This document shows, piece by piece, positions 46,201-58,625 of a stretch of 64,000 nucleotides of DNA; position 1 is the first letter of the stretch; each line of letters begins with the position of its first letter. A program made the translations under genes and the position numbers. The stretch is from Heptranchias perlo (taxonomy: Eukaryota): the NCBI RefSeq assembly GCF_035084215.1, contig NC_090351.1:33542001-33606000 (forward strand), written 5' to 3'. The notes under the pieces were generated by a model. It was given only the letters and a program-made list of their open reading frames with translations. It searched no databases and was not told the DNA's origin.

Positions 46201-49200
46201 GGACACTTAATCACTAAAGCATTTTTTGTATACAGTCTACTCCTCTTAATTTAGTTACTTAAATAATCTGATAAATCATTTTTTAGCACTGAATTCCCAC
46301 TTTGTGTTGTTTATGTTGCTTAATTCAAATGATCAATGCATTCAAAATAATTAAATCATTCAGTTTTTTTTTTAGGGCAAAAAAATGACCCAATTAGCAG
46401 AGCTAGACTGTGTGGCACAAAAAGATGAAATTAGAAGCAACAGCAACAAAGTACATGACCCATGAATGGTGGTTACTGGGTGTGTATATATAGTGCTGAT
46501 TCTCCTCCTCCTGACATAGTGTGAGTTGGGCGGAGGAATTGATCTCCGAGCGATCGATTACCATTGGGGAAGTGACACGACAACAACAACACAACAGCTG
46601 GCAGGTAAAACCTTTCAGTCGGGATATTTTTGCCAGCCCATTTCCACCCCCCTCCCCCACCCCTTCCTGATGGAGTGGCAAGTTGTTGCGCTGGAAATCC
46701 ACTGTCCCCATGGTCAGGGCACCCCAGTTGTGCCACAAATGGGTGCCCACCCATTTTATGCAAATGAACCTTCCCCCTGGGATTTGGCACAGGGTCATTG
46801 TCAGGGCAGACGGGTGGGAATTTCTGGGCTCATATATTTAAATTTGATCACAATAAACTAAATAGAAATATATTTGTCATCTTACTTTCAGAAACTTCTA
46901 ATTTGATAGAAATCCTTTCATTCATTTGAAATGTTGACCGTGCTATCACACACCAGTACAATCCTTCATCACTCTTCAGTAGGTGATTCATGGTAACTGA
47001 AAATATCCCTTGTGTTTTATTATCAGTCAGTGATACTCTTCCATGTTCTGGATGATCAGTAGAAACCACAACAGGACGTGAAAAAAAGTAAGTTTGACCT
47101 TTACACCATTGTTTAACATGGTCCTTGTAAATCAGATCATAGCGACAGTCCACAGTGACCGATCCTCCCACTTCTCCGTCAACCTTCTTTGGTCCAGTTA
47201 ATTGATATGACCCTGCGGGCATATTATTGATTGATTACATTATCAGAAACAACGAGAACAGTATTTAACTGAATAAACACTGCTGTTCCACTGTTAAAGC
47301 AGTCTGGTTGTTTGCAATTATCGATCAAATTCCATTTTTAATATCAAATTCCTTGTGTTGATTCTCATATCACCAACATTGTTACTCAAATTACAGCCTA
47401 TACAGAGCTTTTGGGGCGTGATTTTTCCAATATGGGGGCCTGTGACTTCCTGTTGTCTGCTGGGTGTGAGGCCAAATTCCCCGCTGGTTGTGCATTCTGA
47501 GAAAATTATCCTTGCCGTCATTGGAGATTGATAGTCTTTATTTACGCCGATTATCGCTTTTAAGTGAGACTAAAAAGCTCATTTAAATCCCAGATTTTTT
47601 CATTCTTTCTAACCGGTTCTCTCATTCTGCTCATTTCTAAGCTCAGTTATTTTATTTCACTTGCAAAGAGTAGTGATCTAATTGAATGGCGGAACAGGCT
47701 CGAGGGGCTGAATGGCCTTCTCCTGTTCTTATGTTCCTATGTTCCACTCTCTACAGTCTAAACTGTTTTTTTAAAAGTGGATCTAAACCTATTTCATCAA
47801 ATATTTAGTTTGCACGGATCTGATTCAGATGGCTCTCATTAAAATTTCTTCACTTTAGATTTCCCTGTGCTATTAGTCAGTCCTTCAATGAGAGGACAGA
47901 GAGCTGACCTGGTTAGAGGCTGTTACCGATAGTTCCCTGTAAATCACTACTAGGAAGTATGAGCAAAATTTTGGCATCCTGTCATCGGTCACCATATGCA
48001 GTCCATGTGCATATTGCAAGTCGTTGACCTCACATCTTGCGAGGTTGCTTATTCCAATATTATTCATGCATTCCCTACATGGATTAGGCACTGAGCAGGG
48101 GGCATAATTTCTGTGGGGACAGGATATCCGACACAGCAACAGGCTTAAAGGGACAGCAAAAATTGTCCAAAAATTGAGTGCATGACCTAGGTAATAATTG
48201 AGCTGCCAAATTACCCGACCCCTTGTCCGAGGACTTCACAGGAACTAGTGAGCAGGCAGAGCCAGGCTGCCCCTGCACCAGCAGAAGAGCAGCAGTGTGG
48301 AGTGGCCCCTTAAGGAGACATTTTGACAGAGCCTGAGAGCCTCCTCGATCTCAGGTGGCTCTCGTGGACACCCAGCTGGCTGTCACCCCACAGACCCCTG
48401 CCTTAGGGCTTCCTCTAAGAAGAAGCAGCATTAGACTAGGTGGGGGAACATGACAATCACCAACTGGTAGGAAAGGCAAGCACCAAGGTAGCAGACACTT
48501 GTTACAGAGACACAATTGGAGATCTGGAAAGTAAAGAGCTTTCTGCACAGCAGCTGTTGAGGTGAGAGGAATCAGAGAAGATGAAAGATATTTTGGACAG
48601 AGATGGAGTGGGGTTTTAGTGGCCCCTGGTGCTTGACATTTATTCAGGGTGAGATGTTTGTGTGGATTGGAAAGGCAAGGCTTCGATTTAGCTCAGGTGA
48701 ATAGTATTTCCCTGGCAGTGGTGACAGAGCCCAGTGGAGCTATCTCCTCTGCTTCCTCTGCCTCCCAATCTGTGACCTCCTGTATGTTTGTTTTGGCTCC
48801 CAGCTGGAGCTCCTCTGGGTGATTTCCTCTTTCCAAGTCAATGTTATGCACGATTCAGCAAACCATTACAATCCTGAAAACTTTGGCAGGTAATGCAGGA
48901 TGCTCCTTGAACTGTCCTGTCATCGGCATTCTCAATAATTGCCTTGGTGATGGCATGGGTCTCATTATATCTTCTCTCAGCTGGTGCACTGGAATGGTGC
49001 AAAGGAGGCATCAGACAAGGCAGCAGTGAGTATCCTTGGTCGCCAATGAAGCACTTCTTCACTCGTTGGGAATTTGCAATCAGTGGTGGAATACATGCTG
49101 CAGAATGAGGGCATCATGTTAGCAGCCTGGGAATTTGGCAGTCACTTGCCTGATGTGACGATGATGGTTGCGGACCAGCTGCATATTGATGAAGCAACAT

Positions 49201-51115
49201 CCCTTCTGATTCACATCTGGGCCTGTCCTGTCAGAAGGAGCCTGGAGGGACTACATGGGTTTTTGGATATCCAGCCTAAAACACAGTGCTCAGGCCTATA
49301 CCTCCCTGGGCTCCATGGAGAACTTTCAAACAAGGGATTTGCCATTTGTTGCATGCACCTATGCACTGCAGACTGGCTAATGTTACATATACCTCAAGCA
49401 AAACCCTGGAAGGACCCAAGAGGCAAAAAGGTTCAAGACAATGGTAACGTCAACAGCTGGAGGGAAAGCCATGTTTGCCCTGGACTGTGGTTGAAGGTTC
49501 TAAGCTCCCCATACCACCTTCCCAGCAAACCGCAGGTGTCAAACACACTGCTCCTTGCTGTTTCAGCAAAGTTGAACGATTAAGCCAAATCTTTTCCCCA
49601 AGATCGATGATTGTCCTGTTATCAAAATTGCTCTTGGTCACTTTAAAAAATGGATTGTTTTTATTCATTCTTGGGATGTGGGCGTCATTGGCGAGGCCAG
49701 AATTTATTGGCCTGAGAAGGTGGTGGGCCTTCCACTTGAACCACTAGCAGTTTAATGCAACTCAGGCCACTTCAGAGGGAAGTTAAGAGTCAACCATGTT
49801 GGTGTAAGGATGGCAGGTTTCTTTCCCTAACGTACATTAGAGAACCAGTTGGGTTTTTACAACAACCCAACAGCTTCATGGTAACTTTTACTAATAACAG
49901 CTATTTATTTCCAGATTTTTAAAACTGAATTCAAATTCTCAGACTTCCACAGTGGGATTCGAACTCACGCTCTCTGGATTATTAGTCTAGGCCGACTGGA
50001 TTACTAGTCTGGTAAGATAATCACCACACTATCCGTACCCATTGCCTCCAAAATACAGCCTTCAAAGTCCAGTGCCCACTTTTCAGGCAAACTTGAGGTA
50101 GACGTGACAGGAAAATTGGTTATCTTTTGGTGCAGGAAAGCAATGAGAAATAAATGCAGCGTGAAGGCTGGAAGGTTAAAATACTTTCTTTGTGGAACTG
50201 TTGGTTTGGCAACACACCAAGAGCATCATGGATGATTCAGTTGAGGATGTTATCTATGTGCACTGGTGTCAAACAGAGCGTTCGGTGAATCTAAAGATAG
50301 GTGTTGTAGGGCTAGTCCAAAAAACGACAGGAGGAGGTTTATCAGCTCTGAGCTGGTACTGAGAAATATGATCATTTAAATGCAAGTAAACTCACAAGTC
50401 ACAAAACAAATTGCTTCAACAGCAATTACATTATTTGAGCTTCAGTTGCTGGATAAAGCACAGTGTGAAGAAACACTCAAGGCTCTGATGCAATTCAATT
50501 TTTGGTAACATCTAATCTTTTAGAAGAAGTGAGATATTGCTGATATTTCTTTAAATGTAATTGAACTGAAATAATGGAGCATGGTGATTTTTCTTTTGAA
50601 AAGAACTTCTGTTTTAAAGTCTGATATTTCACACAGTTTGCATTTTAAGAGACAATGTTCGAGGTTCAACATTTTTCTGTGCAGTCTGTAGAGAGAAGTG
50701 CCTTGGGACGTTTCACTACGTTAAAGGTGCTGAATAAATGCAAGTTTTTTGTTGTAAGCCTAAAAAGAAATGAAGTTCGCCTCTTGGCATTGATGAGGAG
50801 CCGGAGTTTCAGGTAGGACAGAGCTGCAAGAGGGCCGAAAGAATCAGATGCAGCGGGAAAGCACAGAAAGAAGCGAAGGTGGATTGAAGATGCTGGAAAA
50901 GCACATGGATATTACAACAACAACAACTTGCAAGACCGTGGGTGGTTTACCTTTAGCTGACTGCACCAAAACTCCAGATTAGTCAGTCAGTCGAAGTTTC
51001 TGGTCTTCATCTCCTCTGATTACAAAAGTACTTTTTAGTAACAGTAAAAAAACAAGATTTAAAAGAAAGACTTACCTGGTGCAGAAGTCAGAATCAAAAG
51101 AGCAATTAATTCCAT
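40092..51115 (-). CDS. Gene B: CD300/CMRF35 (MDIR)-like inhibitory receptor with a single V domain, 274 aa
   Basis: Six exons with canonical splice sites: leader 51115-51076, Ig 47212-46886, stalk 46180-46072, TM 43846-43728, cytoplasmic 42197-42145 and ITIM exon 40268-40092. Total 825 nt with no internal stop. Confidence 0.9.
40548..40958 (-). mobile_element. Deu-domain-type SINE, near full length
   Basis: Reverse complement of the core at 37983-38290, with a tRNA-like head near 40900-40958. Confidence 0.72.
41180..42088. mobile_element. hAT-type MITE containing a nested CR1 fragment
   Basis: TIRs tAGGGTTGCCAAC and GTTGGCAACCCTg; 8-bp TSD tcctgggg at 41172-41179 and 42089-42096. Confidence 0.85.
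41346..41990 (-). mobile_element. Young CR1 LINE 3' part
   Basis: ORF 41430..42116: LYRALVRSYLEYCVQFWSP...RRMRGDLIETYKIL...FFTQRVVNL. Confidence 0.92.
42145..42197 (-). CDS. Gene B short cytoplasmic exon
   Basis: GTNEQNITDAENPAVICK; ttttatag| and |gtaaga, phase 1-0. Confidence 0.8.
43358..43668 (+). mobile_element. Deu-domain-type SINE
   Basis: Same core as 37983-38290. Confidence 0.7.
43728..43846 (-). CDS. Gene B transmembrane exon
   Basis: WQVVLSAVVVIIVFLLLVAAVILC-AKTKQQK; 119 nt as in gene A. Confidence 0.9.
45716..45938 (-). mobile_element. CR1 LINE 3' end
   Basis: atagaatcatggaatcatagaag tail and cagacactcaccaccct (RVVSVW). Confidence 0.75.
46072..46180 (-). CDS. Gene B mucin-like stalk exon
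   Basis: TPARKSTMGPTTRTARTTEASVATSLTTSFHSTGTV; phase 1-2. Confidence 0.85.
46886..47212 (-). CDS. Gene B Ig V domain
   Basis: LTGPKKVDGEVGGSVTVDCRY...KQWCKG...GRVSLTDNKTQGIFSVTM...DEGLYWC; phase 1-1, 327 nt. Confidence 0.94.
48840..49230 (-). pseudogene. PIF/Harbinger DDE transposase relic
   Basis: Minus strand NQKG..INMQLV...KFPGC*HDALIL and IGDQGYSLLPCLMPP...ERRYNETHAITKAIIE, HARBI1-family motifs with stops and frameshifts. Confidence 0.8.
49657..50040 (-). mobile_element. tRNA-headed SINE sharing both head and tail with the LINE at 53791-57044
   Basis: B box GAGTTCGAATCC; body matches 56715-57044; tail matches 53791-53900. Confidence 0.8.
51076..51115 (-). CDS. Gene B leader exon MELIALLILTSAP
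   Basis: gcaATGG, 40 nt (same size as gene A leader), |gtaagt donor. Confidence 0.85.
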
Positions 51116-51219
51116 TGCTGTGGACAGTTTCTGGTGGGTGAATTCACCCTGGGCAGACATCGTATTTTAGCTGTACTGTGTTTGAATCGGTTGGTTCCTT
51201 ATACTGTATTTGAGTTGGT

Positions 51220-51263
51220 CACTTCCTTATTCATATAACAGTTGAGTAGACCAGTTCCTCTTT
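51220..51263 (-). promoter_or_regulatory. Candidate PU.1/ETS promoter of gene B
   Basis: AGGAAGTG (51227-51220) and AAAGAGGAACTG (51263-51252), 105-148 bp upstream of the ATG; motif match only. Confidence 0.55.
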
Positions 51264-52167
51264 CACAGTAAGGAAATATAAAGAAAAGGTTTGTGGCCCT
51301 GACTAAAGGACTAGGTTGTTATTCTAGGTGTTTTGGGGCCTTTTACCCTCTATAACATTCTGAAGTTTACATGTAAAGTAGAGCAATCTGCTTAATTTTC
51401 AGCCATATTTGTGCATTACTATAATGAATTGTATTGAGATACAATACTCTTGTATACTCCACTCACACATTCACAATTCTTCTGCATGCGTTCTCACACG
51501 TTTATAAAAAGAAAACATTATCTGCTGAATCAATCACCATGACAACACAACAATGACGACTGAGAAAAATTTTCCACCGGCAGGAAAATAACCGTCCAAT
51601 CAGAATTCACCCACAATTATTGGGAATTATTACCATAACGACCAGAATTAAATCACTTGTGATCTGTGAAGATGACTTTTCCCCACTTTCTGACTACAAG
51701 TGGTATTTGTGCTGTTTTCAATCCATGTAGGCCAGGATTGAGCCAGGTTGGAGAAATTAATGGGCGTAAGGAATCTCCATGAGCAATGGAGCACATATAG
51801 GACCTCTTGCAGCTCTGTCCTACCTTAATCTCTCGTACATTTTTAGTATAGGCTTCTGTTATTGATTTTGTTGGCAATTTATGATTTTTTTTTCAAATTT
51901 CTTTGGAGAATTTCATTTTCTAAAAGTATGTTTATGTGGAACCTAAATGAGTCGTACGATATCTTCTAATTAACAGGAATGCTGGTGATTGAAGCATTTA
52001 CAAGACTTTAGCAGAATAAATGAGGGGACATGAAAAAGGAGATCTTACAATGTCAACTTTGATGGGAGCTGAATGGCATCTAAGTGAAAAGTCCCTAGTG
52101 GTTGGCATGCCAACTTATTGATGGTTTTGAAGTGCCTCAATATATTAATGGTTGAAGTGGTACAAGG

Positions 52168-52930
52168 TTTTTTTTATTTGTTCATGGGACGTGGACGTCG
52201 CTGGCGAGGCCAGCATTTATTGTACATCCCTAATTGCCCTTGAGAAGGTGGTGGTGAGCCGCCTTCTTGAACCGCTGCAGCCTGTGTGGTGAAGGTTCTC
52301 CCACAGTGTTGTTAGGTAGGGTGTTCCAGGATTTTGACCCAGCGACGACGAAGGAACGGTGATATATTTCCAAGTCGGGATGGTGTGTGACTTGGAGGGG
52401 AACGTGCAGATGGTGTTGTTCCTATGTGCCTGCTGCCCTTGTCCTTCTAGGTGGTCGAGGTCGCAGGTTTGGGAGGTGCTGATGAAGAAGCCTTGGCAAG
52501 TTGCTGCAGTGCATCCTGTGGATGGTACACACTGCAGCCACAGTCTGCTGGTGGTGAAGGGAGTGAATGTTTAGGGTGGCCAATCAAGCGGGCTGCTTTA
52601 TCCTGGACCGTGTTGAGATTCTTGAGTGTTGGAGCTGCACTCATCCAGGCAAGTGGAGAGTATTCCATCACACTCCTGACTTGTGCCTTGTAGATGGTGG
52701 AAAGGCTTTGGGGAGTCAGGAGGTGAGTCACTCGCCGCAGAATACCCAACCTCTGACCTGCTCTTGTAGCCACGGTATTAATATGGCTGGTCCAGTTAAG
52801 TTTCTGGTCAATGGAGTCCCTCCGGATGTTGACGGTGGGGGATTCGGCGATGGTAATGCCGTTGAATGTCAAGGGGAGGTGGTCAGACTCTCTCTTGTTG
52901 GAGATGGTCATTGCCTCGCACTTGGCTGGT
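52168..52930 (-). mobile_element. 5'-truncated LINE copy (same family as 53791-57044)
   Basis: AGQRLGILRRV...YKAQVRSVMEYSPLAW; AATAAA and poly(A) tail. Confidence 0.9.
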
Positions 52931-53790
52931 GAAAGAAGGCTTGCCAAAGAGGCCAGCAGGCACCAGGGATGAACCAGCATGATGCCACCAACTGTACGCA
53001 GGCTGTAACATGGAACTGCCTGGCACTGACAGTGAGAAATAGGATCAGCAGCATGGAGCCGGTTGCTTATCTGTGCCAGCTACTGCCCCCATCATCTCCT
53101 TCCTCAACTTAATATGTGATTGTTTTGTGTAAAATAGATTTCTTAACTATTTCTCAATGTTAATCTCTAACAGTCGCCCCTTTGTAGGAACTTGGGAATA
53201 AATTCCCCAGAATCCACACCTCTCCTGGTTAGCATCACATACTATCTTGAGCCATTTGCTCTTCTCGTCTCAGTTTCATTTGATTCATATCACACATCAT
53301 GAAACAGACAAAGAAAATCATAAAACATCGTACAGAAAGCTGGGTAGAGGGGGTCCGGAGGTCTTTGATTAGAATCTCCCCCTGCGTTTTCCCAATGTTT
53401 GAGGTGGTGGCCAGCTTATAAAGGACATTGTTTAGTTTCGGCAAGGACACAACCCTCTCCGAGAGAAAGCTTTTAATTAATCATTCTTCACTACTCTTTC
53501 CTGACTTTCACTAAATTGTGCATTGATCCCTGATTGGTACCCTTTGGTGGGTTGTTCCCTGGCGAAGTATGTTTCTCGTGGGTGGAATCACTTGTCCTTT
53601 CTCCCTAACCCCTTGATTCCCGTTATCATAAATTTTATTGTTACCACCTCGGGCACTGATTTTAGACCCCAATTGGTGGTGTAATTTTCCTGTTCATGCC
53701 TCATACACTCAGTAGCTTCCTCGTGTCCAATTAAGTTACATGTCCCCATAATATTATCATTTCACCTCGGTTATGAGCTCTGGAGGAACC

Positions 53791-56700
53791 TTTTTTTTTA
53801 TTCGTTCACGGGATGTGGGCGTCGCTGGCAAGGCCGGCATTTATTGCCCATCCCTAATTGCCCTCGAGAAGGTGGTGGTGAGCCGCCTTCTTGAACCGCT
53901 GCAGTCCGTGTGGTGACGGTTCTCCCACAGTACTGTTAGGAAGGGAGTTCCAGGATTTTGACCCAGCGACAATGAAGGAACGGCGATATATTTCCAAGTC
54001 GGGATGGTGTGTGACTTGGAGGGGAACGTGCAGGTGGTGTTGTTCCCATGCGCCTGCTGCCCTTGTCCTTCTAGGTGGTAGAGGTCGCGGGTTTGGGAGG
54101 TGCTGTCGAAGAAGCCTTGGCGAGTTGCTGCAGTGCATCCTGTGGATGGTGCACACTGCAGCCACAGTGCGCCGGTGGTGAAGGGAGTGAATGTTTAGGG
54201 TGGTGGATGGGGTGCCAATCAAGCGGGCTGCTTTATCTTGGATGCTGTCGAGCTTCTTGAGTGTTGTTGGAGCTGCACTCATCCAGGCAAGTGGAGAGTA
54301 TTCCATCACACTCCTGACTTGTGCCTTGTAGATGGTGAAAAGGCTTTGGGGAGTCAGGAGGTGAGTCACTCGCCGCAGAATACCCAGCCTCTGACCTGCT
54401 CTCGTAGCCACGGTATTTTTATGGCTGGTCCAGTTAAGTTTCTGGTCAATGGTGACCCCCAGGATTTGATGGTGGGGGATTCGGTGATGGTGATGCCGTT
54501 GAATGTCAAGGGGAGGTGGTTAGACTCTCTCTTGTTGGAGATGGTCATTGCCTGGCACTTATCTGGCACGAATGTTACTTGCCACTTATGAGCCCAAGCC
54601 TGGATGTTGTCCAGGTCTTGCTGCATGCAGGCTGGGACTGCTTCATTATCTGAGGGGTTGCGAATGGAACTGAACACTGTGCAGTCATCAGCGAACATCC
54701 CCATTTCTGACCTTATGATGGAGGGAAGGTCATTGATGAAGCAGCTGAAGATGGTTGGGCCTAGGACACTGCCCTGAGGAACTCCTGCAGCAATGCCCTG
54801 GGGCTGAGATGATTGGCCTCCAACAACCACTACCATCTTCCTTTGTGCTAGGTATGACTCCAGCCACTGGAGAGTTTTCCCCCTGATTCCCATTGACTTC
54901 AATTTTACTAGGGCTCCTTGGTGCCACACTCGGTCAAATGCTGCCTTGATGTCAAGGGCAGTCACTCTTACCTCACCTCTGGAATTCAGCTCTTTTGTCC
55001 ATGTTTGGACCAAGGCTGTAATGAGGTCTGGAGCTGAGTGGTCCTGGTGGAACCCAAATTGAGCATTGGTGAGCAGGTTATTGATGAGTAAGTGCCGCTT
55101 GATAGCACTGTCGACGACACCTTCGATTCTCAATCATCAGCAAAGTGAATGAAAAGATGGGGCGGTAATTGGCCGGATTGGATTTGTCCTGCTTTTTGTG
55201 GACAGGACATACCTGGGGCAATTTTCCACATTGTCGGGTAGATGCCAGTGTTATAGCTGTACTGGAACAGTTTGGCTAGAGGCGTGGCTAGTTTTGAAGC
55301 ACAAGTCTTCAGCACTACAGCCGGGATGTTGTCAGGGCCCATAGCCTTAGCTGTATCCAGTGCACTCAGATGTTTCTTGATATCACGTGGAGTGAATCGA
55401 ATTGGCTGAAGACTGGCTTCTCTGATGGTGGGGATATCGGGAGGAGGCCAAGATGGATCATCCACTCGGCACTTCTGGCTGCAAACGCTTCAGCCTTGTC
55501 TTTTGCACTCAGGTGCTGGACTCCGCCATCATTAAGGATGGGGATGTTTACAGAGCCTCCTCCTCCTCCTCCCATTAGTTGTTTAATTGTCCACCACCAT
55601 TCACGACTGGATGTGGCAGGACTGCAGAGCTTTGCTCTGATCCGTTGGTTGTGGAATCGCTTAACTCTGTCTATATAGCATGTTGCTTCCGCTGTTTAGC
55701 ATGCATGTAGTCCTGAGTTGTAGCTTCACCAGGTTGGCACCTCATTTTTAGGTACACCTGGTGCTGCTCCTGGCATGCTCTTCTACACTCCTCATTGAAC
55801 CAGGGTTGGTCCCCTGGCTTGTTGGTAATGGTAGAGTGAGTAATATGCCGGGCCATGAGGTTACAGATTGTGCTGAAATACAATTCTGCTGCTGCTGATG
55901 GCCCACAGCACCTCATGGATGCCTAGTTTTGAGCTGCTCGATCTGTTCTGAATCTATCCCATTTAGCACGGTGATAGTGCCACACAACACGTTGAATGGT
56001 GTCCACAGTGCGAAGACAGGACTTCGTCTCCACGAGGACTGTGCAGTGGTCACTCCTACCAATACTGCCGTGGACAGATTCATCTGCGACAGGTAGATTG
56101 ACGAGGACGAGGTCAAGTAGGTTTTTCCCTCGTGTTGGTTCACTCACCACCTGCCGCAGGCTCAGTCTGGCAACTATGTCCTTCAGGACTTGGCAGCTCG
56201 GTCAGTAGTGGTGCTACTGAGCCACTCTTGATGATGGACATTGAAGTCACCACCCAGAGTACATTCTGTGCCCTTGCTACCCTCAGTGCTTCTTCCAAGT
56301 GGTGCTCAACATGGAGGAGGACTGATGGTGGTCATCAACAGGAGGTTTCCTTGCCCATGTTTGACCTGATGCTATGAGATTTCATGGGGTCCGGAGTCAA
56401 TGTTGAGGACTCCCAGGGCCACTCCCTCCTGACTGTATATCTCTGTACCGCCACCTCTGTTTGGTCTGTCCTGCCAGTGGGACAGGACATACCAAGGGAT
56501 GGGACGATGGCTGAGAGTTATGATTCTGTGAGTGTGGCTATGTCAGGCTATTGCTTGACTCGTCTGTGGGACAGCTCTCCCAATTTTGGCACAACTCACT
56601 AACATCTGGGGACGAGGACTTTTCAGGGTCAACTGGGCTTAGTTTGCCTTTGTCGTGTCCGATGCCGGGTGATCCATCCAGTTTTATTCTTATTATGACT

Positions 56701-57044
56701 TTCTGTGGCAAGATTGTACAACTGAGTGGCTTGCTAGGCCATTTCAGAGGGCGATTCAGAAGCAACCACATTGCTGTGGGTCTGGAGTCACATATAGGCC
56801 AGACCGGGTAAGGACGGCAGGTTTCCTTCCCTAAAGGAGATTAGTGAACCAGATGGGTTTTTATGACAATCCGGTAGTTTCATGGCCACCATTACTGATA
56901 CTAGTTTTTTTAATTCCAGATTTTTAAAAATTTAATTTAAATTCCCCAGCTGCCGTGGCAGTGATTTGAATTCATAACTCCGGATTATTAGTTCAGGCCG
57001 CTGGATTACTCGTCCAGTAACATAACCACTATGCCACCATACCC
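53791..57044 (-). mobile_element. Near full-length, frameshifted APE-RT LINE (CR1/L2 group) with a tRNA-like 5' head
   Basis: EN remnants (PKLGEL, PTRGKNLLDLVL, GRSDH), RT motifs (QFGF, LDIKAAFDRVWH, GVPQGSVLGP, FADD), poly(A) at 53791; A box TGGCATAGTGG at 57036-57026. Confidence 0.9.
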
Positions 57045-58199
57045 ATTATCTGTGCAATTGTGCTCCGGGGAGGGAGCTGTGAGAGATACATGCAATAAAG
57101 CAAATCAATCACTGCCTCCCATCCCTGTCATTTCCCCTCGTACAAACATCATCTTCACTCCTTCAAGTCCAAGCAATGCAAACTCAAGCATATGATGGTG
57201 CACAACTGACCCAATCATCAATCAGTAGATCTGGCTCAACCACGGCAAGCATTAATTTGTTTCACTCTCGATACAAGCTTTAGGTCTGTCTTAGATTTTT
57301 TTTTGGTACAGCGATGCTGGTGACTCCCATAAGCATTCTGAACATCTTGTGTTCAGGAGTGTACCCGCACTGGCCAATATCTAATTATACATTGGTGTAA
57401 CAAGAGCACCTCATAGTGACTAGATCTGGAAGACTTGTCTTTCACAAGTGCCTCATGCAACTGAAAAAGACCTTTGTGAGATCTAGCCAGATAAGAGTTG
57501 TTAATCTGTTTCATTTTACAGTGAACATACAGAGTATCAGTTATAATCAAGCCTCATTGAATTTTCATATTTGTGAACCATATCATAAACCATGTGCCCT
57601 GTCCTTTCAGGGGCTGATTTACTTGTTTTTAACATTGCCTTTCATTCTGGACAACTTCTAACTGAAAAAAACAGATGTCCTACATCTTAGCTGCAAGTTC
57701 CAGGCCCAAGCCTGTACTTCACAATCCCCTGACCTGACTTCTCATGTCTCCTTTTCCCTTTGTGTTCCCAGTAAGTGGGAGGGTTGTCCCTCTGATTTCT
57801 TCTCCATTCAATGATTTGCCAGTCAATAAGACATACTACTGATCACCTCTCCCCCCACCCCCCACCTTGGAATACAGGCTTAAGGAAGCCATTTCTGCTC
57901 TTCTCCAAATGAATAGAGGCCATCCTGACTTAATGAGCCTGGGACTAGTCAAGTGACCCTCATTGTCTTAGCTAAAGTAGACTATGAGCGACTTCATTCC
58001 ACAAACTGGCTTATCAAGCTTTAATACATAGCTTTGATGCCTGGCTTATTAGCAGACAAACAGTTTATCTCAGTGGCTGAAACCTGTAGGTTTTTAAACC
58101 TGTGCAAAATAACTTTGTCTTAAAACACAACAGCCAAACATAATTCATTCCTAAATCCTTTCCGTGAAGAAGAAAAACAACTGGAGTGGGCCATTATTG

Positions 58200-58625
58200 A
58201 GTCCAGTGACACAGGCATGATCAAGTGGACAGCTCTGTATTGGATGGCATTGAGTTTAGTTAGTGTTGTTGTGGTGCATTCACCCAGGCAAGGTGAGAGT
58301 ATTTGAACAATTGAGCCTTTTGATGGTGTAGGGACTTTGAGGGGGTCAGGAAATGATCCACTTGTCACACAGTCTTCAGCATCTTTTGTAGCGACAGTTC
58401 AGTTAAGCTTCTAGTCAACGGTACCCTCCAAGATGTTGATGGTGGGGGACTTGGCATTTTTGGTGCCATTGACGGTCAGGGGGAGGTAGTTGTGATTTTC
58501 TCATTGGAGAATGCCAATGCCACTTATGTGGTGTGAATGTTGCCAGCTACTTGTTGTCCAGGTCATGCTGTAGGCTGGCATGGGCTGTTTCATTATCAGA
58601 GGAATTGTGAATGGAGTTGGGCGCT
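58200..58625 (-). mobile_element. Old degraded copy of the same LINE family
   Basis: Diverged match to 54200-54680. Confidence 0.65.

Noticed and set aside
49074-49583. 169-aa + strand ORF
   Set aside because: Largely antisense to the Harbinger transposase relic.
56950-57044. tRNA gene
   Set aside because: A/B boxes belong to a retroelement head; no complete cloverleaf and no terminator at the expected position.
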